Positions 43,493 to 52,078 of a stretch of 64,000 nucleotides of DNA are shown here, in pieces. The notes beneath the pieces were generated by a model. It saw only the letters and a program-made list of their open reading frames with translations. It made no database searches and was not told the DNA's origin. Position 1 is the first letter of the stretch. Every line of letters starts with the position of its first letter. A program made the position numbers and the translations under genes. Source of the DNA: an uncultured Nitrososphaerota archaeon (lineage in GTDB: Archaea; Thermoproteota; Nitrososphaeria; Nitrososphaerales; CADDZS01); contig CAWCYI010000006.1 in assembly GCA_963799845.1 (NCBI GenBank), forward strand, positions 64,001-128,000, written 5' to 3'.

Positions 43493-43923
43493 GCGGCCTG
43501 GGGCCCCAATGTAAGCTCCAGGTTCTCGTTCAGATAGTTGTCGAGATTGTAGACTCTATGATACTTGTCCTTCTTGTCCTCAATCGAGTAATCTTTTGAA
43601 ATTTTTATCGGAGAGACCTTTTCAACACACTCGTGTTGAATTTCTTCTCCAGCTCGCATATTGTAGACATCAAACTTTGGATCTTCCTCTGCGTAGCAAG
43701 CGAAAACAATCCATCTGGTATCCGGGCCGTCTAGAACCGGGAAACCCGCTTCCGCTGAAAGATTGTTGAGTCCCTGAACTCTGAGCTCAGTTCCTTTTAC
43801 ATGACAAATCGAGCAGCGCCATACGTCGACGACGCCCACCGCCTCAGAACCCCTGAACAAATTTACGCATGCATAGTAACGAAACTCGTGTTCATGAGGG
43901 CCTGCTGGAATAGGTGTAGACAA
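43489..43923 (-). CDS. Hypothetical protein
   Basis: 144-aa ORF with HEHEF...WRCSIC. Confidence 0.6.
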   Translation of the reverse strand: MSTPIPAGPHEHEFRYYACVNLFRGSEAVGVVDVWRCSICHVKGTELRVQGLNNLSAEAGFPVLDGPDTRWIVFACYAEEDPKFDVYNMRAGEEIQHECVEKVSPIKISKDYSIEDKKDKYHRVYNLDNYLNENLELTLGPQAA

Positions 43924-43961
43924 ATTATCTCACTGTAGTTTACTGTGAACTGCTAATCGGG

Positions 43962-44288
43962 TTAAGCGGTCTCCATAAGCTTTGCGAATTTCATTACGTA
44001 GAGATCAAAAGCATCCGAGTTTCCTTCACAGGTCTTGCAAATGGTTCTGGCAGAACCAGCTCCCGAATCTTCTTCAAGGGCTCCGTCACAGATGAAACAT
44101 GCCTTTGCAAGCTCGACAGGTTCATCCAGAGCATTTGAAAGTACCGTCAGCGCCCTCGAAACATTTGTCTCCGAAGTAAATCGAAATCCCAGTCTTGAGT
44201 CGCGTTTCACCTTTGCCTTCATCAGCTCGGCGTAGACCTCTTTTCCAACAAACGGCAGCTGAAACCAGGAATTCAACACTATTTTCAT
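43962..44288 (-). CDS. Hypothetical Zn-finger protein
   Basis: CFIC...CKTC; follows rfcL. Confidence 0.65.
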   Translation of the reverse strand: MKIVLNSWFQLPFVGKEVYAELMKAKVKRDSRLGFRFTSETNVSRALTVLSNALDEPVELAKACFICDGALEEDSGAGSARTICKTCEGNSDAFDLYVMKFAKLMETA

Positions 44289-44292
44289 GGGC

Positions 44293-45474
44293 TTACTTCC
44301 TGACAGTCATTTTGGTAATTACTCGCCGCTCGCTGTCACCAAAATCATTTTCTTCAAGAAACCGATCGAGATCGGCTGGACGATTCTTAAAGTAAAACGC
44401 CATAAATGGAAGATAGAAACCTGCGATCTCACTCTTTCCGGCATGATAGGATTCTGTTAGGCTTTCAGACATCTGCTTCAAGACTTTTCCATCATTCCAT
44501 ATTGCAAGACGGAGGTTCCAAGGAATGCTCGAATCGTTCCTCTGGACTTTCTTTGAAAGTATTGCAAAAGCGAGAAAACGGTCAAAGTACCTTAGTAGTC
44601 TCCAAGAGTGTTGTTGCGAAATTTTTCCCATAATCATATCTGCCTTGGAGATCAGGTCGAGCGATTCGGCCTTTGACTCAATTGAAAGATTCTTCGCCGA
44701 TACTACAGAGTCGTAAATTGATCGGATCTTATCGTAAGGCTGCGCATCGTACTGATGAAGAAGGGAAAGAGTTTCGGACAGGCTGCCGGCTTTCAGGACT
44801 GCGTCGAGTGCGGAAGAATCGCTCATGAACTGTCGATCCGTCGAAGAGCTGACTATTGTAGTTCCGGAAAGGGTCTGGAGTGTGCTGATTGATTGTCGCA
44901 CGTCGCCCCTAGAATTCGCAGCAATTTTTGTCAGAATATCGTCAGGTACTTCCAGATTTTCCCGCAATGCGATCGAACGGAGATAGATGACCAGAACATC
45001 AGGAGATACTGACAAGAAGCGCAGGACAAGCGATTTTTGTTCAATCTTTTTCAACTTCTGAGTCTCTTCCAAGTTGGCCGCCATTGCAACCGGCATCGTC
45101 GCGTTTTCAATAAAATCCAAGACAAAGTCCATTCCTGCGTAATCTGATCTCCCTGACATCCCATCGATCTCGTCCAGAAAGATCAGCAGTTTTTCCTCAC
45201 CGTAGATCGAGGCATTTTCCAGAGTTGGAGTCAGAGCTTCCCGCAGGCTGTCTCTTGTACGAACATCGCTCGCGTTGTATTCGAGAACTGTGTAACCCAA
45301 CTCATTTGCAACCGCGTAAATCGATGTTGATTTTCCCACCCCTGGGGGACCGGTAAGCAAAAGAGGTTTCGATCCGGTTTTCCAGTGCCTCAGCCACCGG
45401 ACGATTTCGAGCCGTGCCCGTTCGTTTCCGATCATCGCGGCTATTTTTTTTGGTCTGACCCTTTCGGTTAGCAA
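44293..45474 (-). CDS. rfcL: Replication factor C large subunit
   Basis: ERVRP, GPPGVGKST, EYNASDVR, DEIDG, GDVR. Confidence 0.88.
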   Translation of the reverse strand: MLTERVRPKKIAAMIGNERARLEIVRWLRHWKTGSKPLLLTGPPGVGKSTSIYAVANELGYTVLEYNASDVRTRDSLREALTPTLENASIYGEEKLLIFLDEIDGMSGRSDYAGMDFVLDFIENATMPVAMAANLEETQKLKKIEQKSLVLRFLSVSPDVLVIYLRSIALRENLEVPDDILTKIAANSRGDVRQSISTLQTLSGTTIVSSSTDRQFMSDSSALDAVLKAGSLSETLSLLHQYDAQPYDKIRSIYDSVVSAKNLSIESKAESLDLISKADMIMGKISQQHSWRLLRYFDRFLAFAILSKKVQRNDSSIPWNLRLAIWNDGKVLKQMSESLTESYHAGKSEIAGFYLPFMAFYFKNRPADLDRFLEENDFGDSERRVITKMTVRK

Positions 45475-45522
45475 AGATAATAGTGGACATGGAGAACCTC
45501 AAATAATACCGTATCTGTAGGA

Positions 45523-46440
45523 CTAAGCAAGCAAGCCCGAAACAAGATAGACAATTAGACCGAGCATCATACCCTGCAATGCTGTGCTCTTCAGGCGAAG
45601 GCTGTCTTTTTCATTTTTCAACTTAAGGACTCGATAAGCAAGGAAAATGAAAACCGCGTCTGGAACCAAGATCAGCCCTGAGTAAACTAGAACAGCTTTC
45701 CCTAGGAGGCCGAGAAGCAAAGGAAGCGCACTCGAAGCTACTGCCAATAGGAAAAACAGTGCTGACAGTTCTTTTGCAGTCTCAGTCCCATAAGATACGG
45801 CGACGGTTCGCACATTTCGTACTTTATCTCCCTCCACATCCGCAACACCCTTGAGAATCTCCCTTCCCATACCAGCGAGAAACGAAGTAAGCGCGAGAAG
45901 ATAACCCAAATTTATAGTATAGCTCCCGAGAGCTATCGATCCGAAAATGTATGGTATGGCGAGCGAAAGAGCCACTAGAGAATTTCCAAAAAGTCCTGAT
46001 TTTTTTCCCCGATAGTTGTAATACCAGCCAATTAATGCAAAAAGCACTGCAATGCCAAAGGTAGCATATCCCAGACCGGCCGAGGCGACAAGCCCCAAGA
46101 CCAGAAGTACTATCGAAAATATCTTCGCTTGACCGACGGTGACCTTGCTGCTAGGAATTGGACGAGTCGGCTGGTTGACTCTATCTACTTCGAGGTCGTA
46201 GATGTCGTTTGAGACCATCGAAAAGGACGAGATGAAAAATCCAGTCAAGAATCCGAGAAGAGAAGTAAGGGTAAAAATTTCGTGGTAATTCTTGGAAGTT
46301 ACCGCGATTCCGACAATTACCGCGAATCCAACGAGGACTGAGTTCGCAGGCCTTATCAGAGATAACAGGGACGAGGCGGAGCTTTTCTTTTTGACTTCAC
46401 TTTTCATTTGAGAAACTGGAGCAGGGCACCTAACTTTCAC
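45523..46440 (-). CDS. Digeranylgeranylglyceryl phosphate synthase (UbiA family)
   Basis: LIRPAN, NDIYDLEVDRVNQPTRPIPS, REILKGVADVEGD. Confidence 0.85.
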   Translation of the reverse strand: MKVRCPAPVSQMKSEVKKKSSASSLLSLIRPANSVLVGFAVIVGIAVTSKNYHEIFTLTSLLGFLTGFFISSFSMVSNDIYDLEVDRVNQPTRPIPSSKVTVGQAKIFSIVLLVLGLVASAGLGYATFGIAVLFALIGWYYNYRGKKSGLFGNSLVALSLAIPYIFGSIALGSYTINLGYLLALTSFLAGMGREILKGVADVEGDKVRNVRTVAVSYGTETAKELSALFFLLAVASSALPLLLGLLGKAVLVYSGLILVPDAVFIFLAYRVLKLKNEKDSLRLKSTALQGMMLGLIVYLVSGLLA

Positions 46441-46462
46441 AGGTGCACTTTAAGTCAATTTC

Positions 46463-47182
46463 CTAATCCTTCTCTTCAGCAGCAGGCTCTTTACGCCTTG
46501 GAACGAGCTGCTCGAACTGCTTCTCGGCCTCTTCGATGTCCTTGTAAGTGTCAACTGATCTCCAGTTAACGTCGTCGTATTTTGTCACTCGAAGTTTGCC
46601 ATCCTTGGCAAGTTCAGGCATCGTTTTAGCTTCAATGTTGCCGTTATCCGGCAAAAGATCTAGTATCTTTGAAGATAGGCAGTATACTCCAGCATTAATC
46701 CAGTAGTCCCGAAGGACAGGTTTTTCGCGAAAACCTTTCGCGAATCCATTTTCAATTTGTATGATACCGTATGGGCTGTTCAGTGGCACGGCAGCGATCG
46801 AACCCATGCAACCCTCGTTCACGTCTTCAACCAGTTTCCAAGGATCTAGATCAGTCAAAATGTCTCCGTTCATTGCGAAGAACTTGTCACCACTCAGAAG
46901 CGAAGCAGCGTTTTTCAAAGCACCCCCCGTTCCAAGAGGTTCCTCTTCCACCGAGTAACCGACTTTGACCCCAAACCGTTTTCCGCTGCCGATATGTTTC
47001 AAAACTGCCTCTTTGAGATAGCCGACACAGATAACGAGTTCATTGATGTCGTGCCTATGAAGCCAATCCAATTGCCACTCTAGAATCGGGACCCCGAGAA
47101 CCTCAATCATTGGTTTTGGTCTGTCGTTGGTAAGCGGTTTGAGCCTTTTTCCAAAGCCGCCGGCGAGAATAACGGCTTTCAA
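46463..47182 (-). CDS. Sugar-phosphate nucleotidyltransferase
   Basis: ILAGGFGKRLKPLT..PKP, EPLGTGG. Confidence 0.9.
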   Translation of the reverse strand: MKAVILAGGFGKRLKPLTNDRPKPMIEVLGVPILEWQLDWLHRHDINELVICVGYLKEAVLKHIGSGKRFGVKVGYSVEEEPLGTGGALKNAASLLSGDKFFAMNGDILTDLDPWKLVEDVNEGCMGSIAAVPLNSPYGIIQIENGFAKGFREKPVLRDYWINAGVYCLSSKILDLLPDNGNIEAKTMPELAKDGKLRVTKYDDVNWRSVDTYKDIEEAEKQFEQLVPRRKEPAAEEKD

Positions 47183-47248
47183 TATCTTATCTTTTCCCCA
47201 GAATATCCTGTTGTAGATTTAAGGTATCGGTAGTCCGGATCCCTAATC

Positions 47249-47863
47249 TCAGAGGGGTTTAATCGGTCTCCACTTTGCAATCTTGTAATAGATTACTTCG
47301 CCCCGCCTCTCGACGACAGCGACGACCGCTTCCTTTCCCATGGTCGACATCTCATCCACATGTTTTTTCAATTCCGACAGGCTCATCGTTTTTCCCTCGT
47401 TCAGACCAAACACGATGTATTTTGCAGCCTTGTTACCGTAGTCACCTCGATCGTAGACTCTAAAGTCGATGGGAAATCCAAAGCCCTCCCGAACCACATA
47501 GCCGCGGCTTCTAAGATCTCTAAATATCAAAAATCTTGTCCAGGCGTTCTCGTCTCGCTCCATTGCGAAGCTGACATAGTCGGTGAAATTAACCTTCCCA
47601 AGTTTGGTCGATTTGCTGGATTTCTTTGCCTTATCTTTCAGCGCAAGTTTGTTGCTGTACATCAAGTAAAGCACTTCGTAATCTTTAAGGTAAAACTGAT
47701 CGTTGTCCCTGATCCCAAATCCCTTGGATTCAAGTAATTGAGCATCCTCGCTGCGAGATAGGACTACATGGTCAACCCTTTTTGAATAGAAAGCTTCGAT
47801 AATTACCTGTTGTAAATCCTCATCTTTGCCTGTCCTTTGCGAACCTGAATTTCGATCGGACAT
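47249..47863 (-). CDS. endA: tRNA-intron endonuclease, probably the structural (beta) subunit
   Basis: FRDLRSRGYVV..GFGF..DFRVY, VIYYK; the catalytic Tyr and His positions appear replaced; own TATA-like box at ~47893-47900. Confidence 0.8.
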   Translation of the reverse strand: MSDRNSGSQRTGKDEDLQQVIIEAFYSKRVDHVVLSRSEDAQLLESKGFGIRDNDQFYLKDYEVLYLMYSNKLALKDKAKKSSKSTKLGKVNFTDYVSFAMERDENAWTRFLIFRDLRSRGYVVREGFGFPIDFRVYDRGDYGNKAAKYIVFGLNEGKTMSLSELKKHVDEMSTMGKEAVVAVVERRGEVIYYKIAKWRPIKPL

Positions 47864-48006
47864 ATCCGAAGATTCAGAATTCTTTTGGAATCTATATACT
47901 GGATTTGGATTTTCAGGTTCAGCGGGTTCCGAAATTGTCAAGGTCAATCAGCGAACATTAAAAAAGAATCTTTCGTGACATCTCAGTTTCAAATCTAGTT
48001 TATAAA

Positions 48007-48114
48007 CCCCCCCCCACTCACGCGCCCGCGCGCCCCAGAGAGACCAAGAGACTCCAAGAGAGACTGAGAGAGTGCCAATATGCACACACACTTTCGCGTC
48101 TGCCCTAAAAGAAT
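48007..48114 (+). repeat. Left terminal inverted repeat (108 bp, C9 terminus)
   Basis: Reverse complement of 53457-53566 apart from homopolymer length. Confidence 0.97.
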
Positions 48115-48266
48115 TATAAACGTTCTATTGCCTTCTTAGCAGACTGTATCATATTCAATCTTTGTTGTCGTTTCTTTTCTTCTAGTTCTAATTTCTTGTT
48201 CCTCAGTCTTTGAGACTGAGTTTCTTCGTCTATAACTTCTTGCTTATTCTTGTCTGTCATAGTCAT
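48114..48266 (-). CDS. 50-aa coiled-coil protein (not in ORF track)
   Basis: MTMTDKNKQEVIDEETQSQRLRNKKLELEEKKRQQRLNMIQSAKKAIERL; ATGA overlap with the upstream gene; stop lies at the TIR edge. Confidence 0.55.
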   Translation of the reverse strand: MTMTDKNKQEVIDEETQSQRLRNKKLELEEKKRQQRLNMIQSAKKAIERL

Positions 48267-48439
48267 AATTTCTCTACCTGTTTTCTATTCTTGTTTAGAT
48301 GTTCTTGGAATTTCTTCATGTCTTTTATCTGATATACATCATGTCCTTGTTTCGCGTGAAGTTTAGCATCATGCTTTTCGAGGAATCCTTTGCACATAGG
48401 ACTTTTACAGAAATAGTATTTCTTCCCAAAGCCTAGCAA
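48263..48439 (-). CDS. 58-aa C2H2-like zinc-finger protein (not in ORF track)
   Basis: YYFCKSPMCKGFLEKHDAKLHAKQGHDV; TTG start overlaps the upstream stop. Confidence 0.6.
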   Translation of the reverse strand: MLGFGKKYYFCKSPMCKGFLEKHDAKLHAKQGHDVYQIKDMKKFQEHLNKNRKQVEKL

Positions 48440-48723
48440 TTTAATTTGTTTCTCCTTTTGTATTCATTCATGCACGCTTTAGAACAATAATCTTGTTTGT
48501 AATAAATTTCGTTCACTTGGTATCTTTTTCCGCATTGTTTGCATAATTGTTTGACTGCTCCATTCTTGCAGATTTTTCGGTTTGTATTTGATTCTCTCGA
48601 ATAGACGCTTGATGTTCTCTTTGTAGTCTCAAATTCTTGATTGCTAACTTCATATCCTGTAATCGCTTCCCTTTCACTTTCGTTAATTTCAAACACTTCC
48701 AATATTTTCTTTCTGAGATTCAT
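48433..48723 (-). CDS. Zinc-finger protein (CxxC...YCSxxC, phage-type)
   Basis: CKQCGKRY...YCSKACM. Confidence 0.7.
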   Translation of the reverse strand: MNLRKKILEVFEINESEREAITGYEVSNQEFETTKRTSSVYSRESNTNRKICKNGAVKQLCKQCGKRYQVNEIYYKQDYCSKACMNEYKRRNKLNC

Positions 48724-49049
48724 GATGAGAGTTTGTAAAACCTGAATGTTTTTGGACAGAGATAGTATATTGGAATCTTTTTCTTAATGGCGTAAACGAG
48801 TTCAGACGCTACTCCAATAAGGAATAATTCGTGATATGGATAGTAATAGGACTGTAAAGAAGTGAAAACAAAGATGTCTGAACGTCTGATTACTCGAAAG
48901 AACTCTCGCATGTCTTTATCCGAGTATTTGATTGTAGAAGGATTGAATATCGAGTAATTAGGAAATTCCTTCTTAATTACCTTCAAACAGTCTCTTTCCA
49001 ATGGACTGCCATACTGCTTTATGCTATGAGCAAAATAGACTCTTTTCAT
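48720..49049 (-). CDS. Nucleoside 2-deoxyribosyltransferase-like protein
   Basis: VYFAHS...IFNP...IRRSDIFVF...GVASELVYA.KKKIPIY. Confidence 0.65.
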   Translation of the reverse strand: MKRVYFAHSIKQYGSPLERDCLKVIKKEFPNYSIFNPSTIKYSDKDMREFFRVIRRSDIFVFTSLQSYYYPYHELFLIGVASELVYAIKKKIPIYYLCPKTFRFYKLSS

Positions 49050-49056
49050 TTTGATT

Positions 49057-49383
49057 TCACTTACTCGGAGTAGGATAAAGTTCTAATTTGCCGATTAGTC
49101 GTTTGTCTGTATGTTTCTTGTTAGGACAATGGCATAGGATTAGTTTAGGTTCGGGATTTACTACATTTCCTCTTTCATCAAACTTTGCACTAATCCGAAT
49201 TCGTTCAAAGCGATAATCAAAGGGTTGTTTCAAACGTGCGATTAGATGTATTCCGTCTTGAGTCTCGTATATGTCGAAGTTTTTAGTATCTAGATCGCAA
49301 TAGAATATACCCTTCTTTCCCTTCAGTCTAGAGGCTACTGCTTGATACCAGTTCTTTCGTTTTGGTAATCTTCGTTTCTTTAT
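49057..49383 (-). CDS. 108-aa protein with AEP-primase-like motifs, non-canonical (ATA) start (not in ORF track)
   Basis: Stop-free frame filling the gap exactly: IFYCDLD...YETQDGIHLI...RIRISAK. Confidence 0.55.
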   Translation of the reverse strand: MKKRRLPKRKNWYQAVASRLKGKKGIFYCDLDTKNFDIYETQDGIHLIARLKQPFDYRFERIRISAKFDERGNVVNPEPKLILCHCPNKKHTDKRLIGKLELYPTPSK

Positions 49384-49718
49384 CGTTTCTTCTTACCTCT
49401 TCCATAAACCGTTTTGAGATATTCAGGAATTGAAACGAATTTTCCACTTGGATTTCTTAGTCTCAGATTATGATTTTTGTCGAAAGTGAACTTAATTCTA
49501 GGATGCTTATTCCGATAACGGAAAGTTGCAACTTGTTTCTTGGTTAGTGGTCGTCTTTCTTGTTGTTTCTGTCTCTGTGAATAGTATTCATCTAGAATAC
49601 GCTGTTGACCTGAACTGAGCGGAGTTTTTATTTTACGTTCAACTTCAGCCGTATTGTTTGAACTCTCAACTAATTTACGGAAAGAACTCGAAAAGTCTGT
49701 AAGTTCGGTAATAATCAA
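49380..49718 (-). CDS. Basic hypothetical protein
   Basis: K/R-rich, RLRNPSGKFVS; AGGTGA SD-like motif just upstream. Confidence 0.65.
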   Translation of the reverse strand: MIITELTDFSSSFRKLVESSNNTAEVERKIKTPLSSGQQRILDEYYSQRQKQQERRPLTKKQVATFRYRNKHPRIKFTFDKNHNLRLRNPSGKFVSIPEYLKTVYGRGKKKR

Positions 49719-49830
49719 TTCACCTTTGTGAAATTCCTACTTCATTCATGTGGTGAGGACCCACGCACATTAGACACACCCCAATATGGAGAACCTTTTA
49801 CTGCAAGCAGTGGAGGTCCAAGATAGAAGC

Positions 49831-50124
49831 ATGCCAAGAAACTCGAGGTGGAGTCCTGATGACAAGATCAGGATAGTCCTTGAATCTTTGAACACCAACA
49901 TCTCCATGTCCGAGCTCTGCAGGAAGTACAACCTCACTCCAGGGACATTCTACCAGTGGAGGGAGAAATTCATTCACGGTGGAAAGCTTGCCCTCACTGG
50001 AGGTCTGAAGGATCCGGGGAAGGAGAAGGAGGCAGAGGTGGAGCGATTGAAGAAGCTCATTGGAGAACTAACAATCGCAAACGACGCAATGAAGCAGGTA
50101 CTGCAGGGATCGGGGAAAAAATGA
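49831..50124 (+). CDS. IS3 transposase OrfA (HTH)
   Basis: WSPDDKIRIVLE...SELCRKYNL...FYQWR, C-terminal leucine zipper. Confidence 0.88.
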   Translation: MPRNSRWSPDDKIRIVLESLNTNISMSELCRKYNLTPGTFYQWREKFIHGGKLALTGGLKDPGKEKEAEVERLKKLIGELTIANDAMKQVLQGSGKK

Positions 50125-50951
50125 GCGTCGCAATAATGGTTAACAAAGGATTGAGCTTGAGGAAAGCTCTCCGGTCCGTTGGGTCTTCGCAGGGAGCGTA
50201 TTACTACAAGCGTCACACAAGGCAGGATAAAGGAGCTCTCCGCGATCCGTCCATCATCTCGACAGTCAGGGACATTGCTCTAAAGAAGCCTATGTACGGA
50301 ACTAGGATGATGGCAGCTCTTCTATCAAAAGAACTTCGAAGACCCATCAATAGAAAGCAAGTGCAGCACGCCTACCGCATGATGGGCTGGATCACACCTC
50401 GATTGACGAGGAATGAGGTACTGAAATCTGTCTCGGATAAGATCCCGAAACCCAATGGAATAAATCAGTCATGGCAGACCGATCTCACATACATCCGCTG
50501 CGGAATAGATGGCTTTGGATATCTCTTCAACGTCATCGACGTGTTTTCAAGAGAATGGCTTGCGTATGTCTTTGATGGTTTTGCACGTAAGGAGAATGCA
50601 GTACAGGCTGTCGTAAAAGCTCTCGAGAAGCATCCCGAAGCTTCTGGAAAAGTGACTCTCTACAGCGACAACGGATCCCAGTACATCAGCGAGACATTCA
50701 AGCAGTCGATGAAAGCTTTAGGCATTAAGCAAAGATACATCGCCTACAACACTCCCGAGCAGAATGGATCAATTGAATCGTTCCACGGACGATTCAAGCG
50801 TGAATATGTTTGGCCGTACGATTTTAGATCCTTCCAGGAAGCTGATTCACACATAGCAGAAGCCTTCATAGATTACAACGAGAGGAGACCTCACTCGGCA
50901 CTCGGTTACATGAGTCCGTACGAATTCGTCTCCCAGATAGTAGTGAAATAG
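50121..50951 (+). CDS. IS3 transposase OrfB (DDE), in -1 frame via GGGAAAAAATGA
   Basis: WQTDLTY, IDVFSRE, YSDNGSQY, NGSIESFHG, YNERRPHSALG. Confidence 0.92.
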   Translation: MSVAIMVNKGLSLRKALRSVGSSQGAYYYKRHTRQDKGALRDPSIISTVRDIALKKPMYGTRMMAALLSKELRRPINRKQVQHAYRMMGWITPRLTRNEVLKSVSDKIPKPNGINQSWQTDLTYIRCGIDGFGYLFNVIDVFSREWLAYVFDGFARKENAVQAVVKALEKHPEASGKVTLYSDNGSQYISETFKQSMKALGIKQRYIAYNTPEQNGSIESFHGRFKREYVWPYDFRSFQEADSHIAEAFIDYNERRPHSALGYMSPYEFVSQIVVK

Positions 50952-51015
50952 AAGATGACACAAAATAATATGCAGTCAAACGAGTCAAAAGTGTGTCTAA
51001 AAGATGGGGTCCAGA

Positions 51016-51444
51016 TCACATGTCTTTGATTTCTTTTTTGCAGGATTTACAGAATCTTTTTCCTGCTAGACTATCCCAATACAAAACAGGATGAATGCAT
51101 TCTTTCGGTTCTTTATTTTCAGTTTGTTTAATCGGTATTGGAGTTTGAAATTTAGGCATTGATTGTTTTTCCGCACACTTTGCATGAGTTAGACCTTTAG
51201 CAAATATTCGTTCAATATCAATTGAATCTTTGCAAATTAAGCAAGTTATAGATTCAACTTTTTCTTTGAATGTTGTAAGAGTTTCATTCTCGGTTTCTAA
51301 TGCTGAATTCGCTTGCTCTAGTTTCTTAATGTAAGAACGCTGATGGAGTATTGTTAATTTCAAATCTCCAAAATCTTCATCTTTGTCTTCTGATTTGTTT
51401 TCATCTTCCTTTGGTTTCTTATCCCAAAATTTGTTTGCACTCAT
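51016..51444 (-). CDS. Coiled-coil and double zinc-finger protein, last 8 aa removed by the IS3 insertion
   Basis: CLIC...HAKC and CIH...CKSC; the stop codon comes from the IS end. Confidence 0.7.
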   Translation of the reverse strand: MSANKFWDKKPKEDENKSEDKDEDFGDLKLTILHQRSYIKKLEQANSALETENETLTTFKEKVESITCLICKDSIDIERIFAKGLTHAKCAEKQSMPKFQTPIPIKQTENKEPKECIHPVLYWDSLAGKRFCKSCKKEIKDM

Positions 51445-51872
51445 TGTAATTCCTCTTTCTTTAGAACATCTGACATTTCGATTATTGAACCGTCAGCGTT
51501 CACATGAGTCGATGGGTTCTCTTTGTTTGGAAGTTCTTTTCTCGGTTTAGGCAGTTTCTTTTTTTGCGGTGTGATGTTTTTTGCATTGGCAATCAAGTAT
51601 TCGCTAAATTCTTCAGGACTATTGCGTTTGATTTTTTCATACTGTAATCTTGCACTATCTACAAAGCGTTTAGCAGTTTCAGCCGTATAACTACTGGTTA
51701 GATCGTTCATTATTTCTAGTTCAGAATTACCTCTTAACATCGCTGAAACTATCGCTGAAATAATTGCGAAATTTGAATTTGCTCCGTCATGTCCTATAGG
51801 AGCAACGACAACACTATTTTCTCTCAAATAAGCCATGACTTCAGATATGAGTTCTTTCTGCTCTTGATTCAT
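51441..51872 (-). CDS. Hypothetical helical protein
   Basis: 143 aa, ATGA overlaps on both sides. Confidence 0.7.
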   Translation of the reverse strand: MNQEQKELISEVMAYLRENSVVVAPIGHDGANSNFAIISAIVSAMLRGNSELEIMNDLTSSYTAETAKRFVDSARLQYEKIKRNSPEEFSEYLIANAKNITPQKKKLPKPRKELPNKENPSTHVNADGSIIEMSDVLKKEELQ

Positions 51873-52063
51873 TGATTATCGACCTCAACGCCCACAATCT
51901 TCAATGAATCATGTCCATTATGCATAAAGGCAAGAGTGATTGTCTTGTAGTGATTATCTTTCATCCAATCTTTTATCTTTAGGGCAATCTTGTTATCATT
52001 CAATGGATTCTCAATTGCTGGAAAATTCTTTTCAAAGTATGCTTTCTGGTCGAAATTACTCAT
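51869..52063 (-). CDS. Hypothetical protein
   Basis: 64 aa within the operon. Confidence 0.6.
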   Translation of the reverse strand: MSNFDQKAYFEKNFPAIENPLNDNKIALKIKDWMKDNHYKTITLAFMHNGHDSLKIVGVEVDNQ

Positions 52064-52078
52064 ATTCTCACAATTGCC

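Larger units (their letters stand above)
49751..51018 (+). mobile_element. IS3-family insertion sequence (1268 bp) with 4-bp TSD CATG
   Basis: TG...CA ends, imperfect IRs sharing GGACCC and TTAGACACAC, CATG at 49747-49750 and 51019-51022. Confidence 0.92.
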
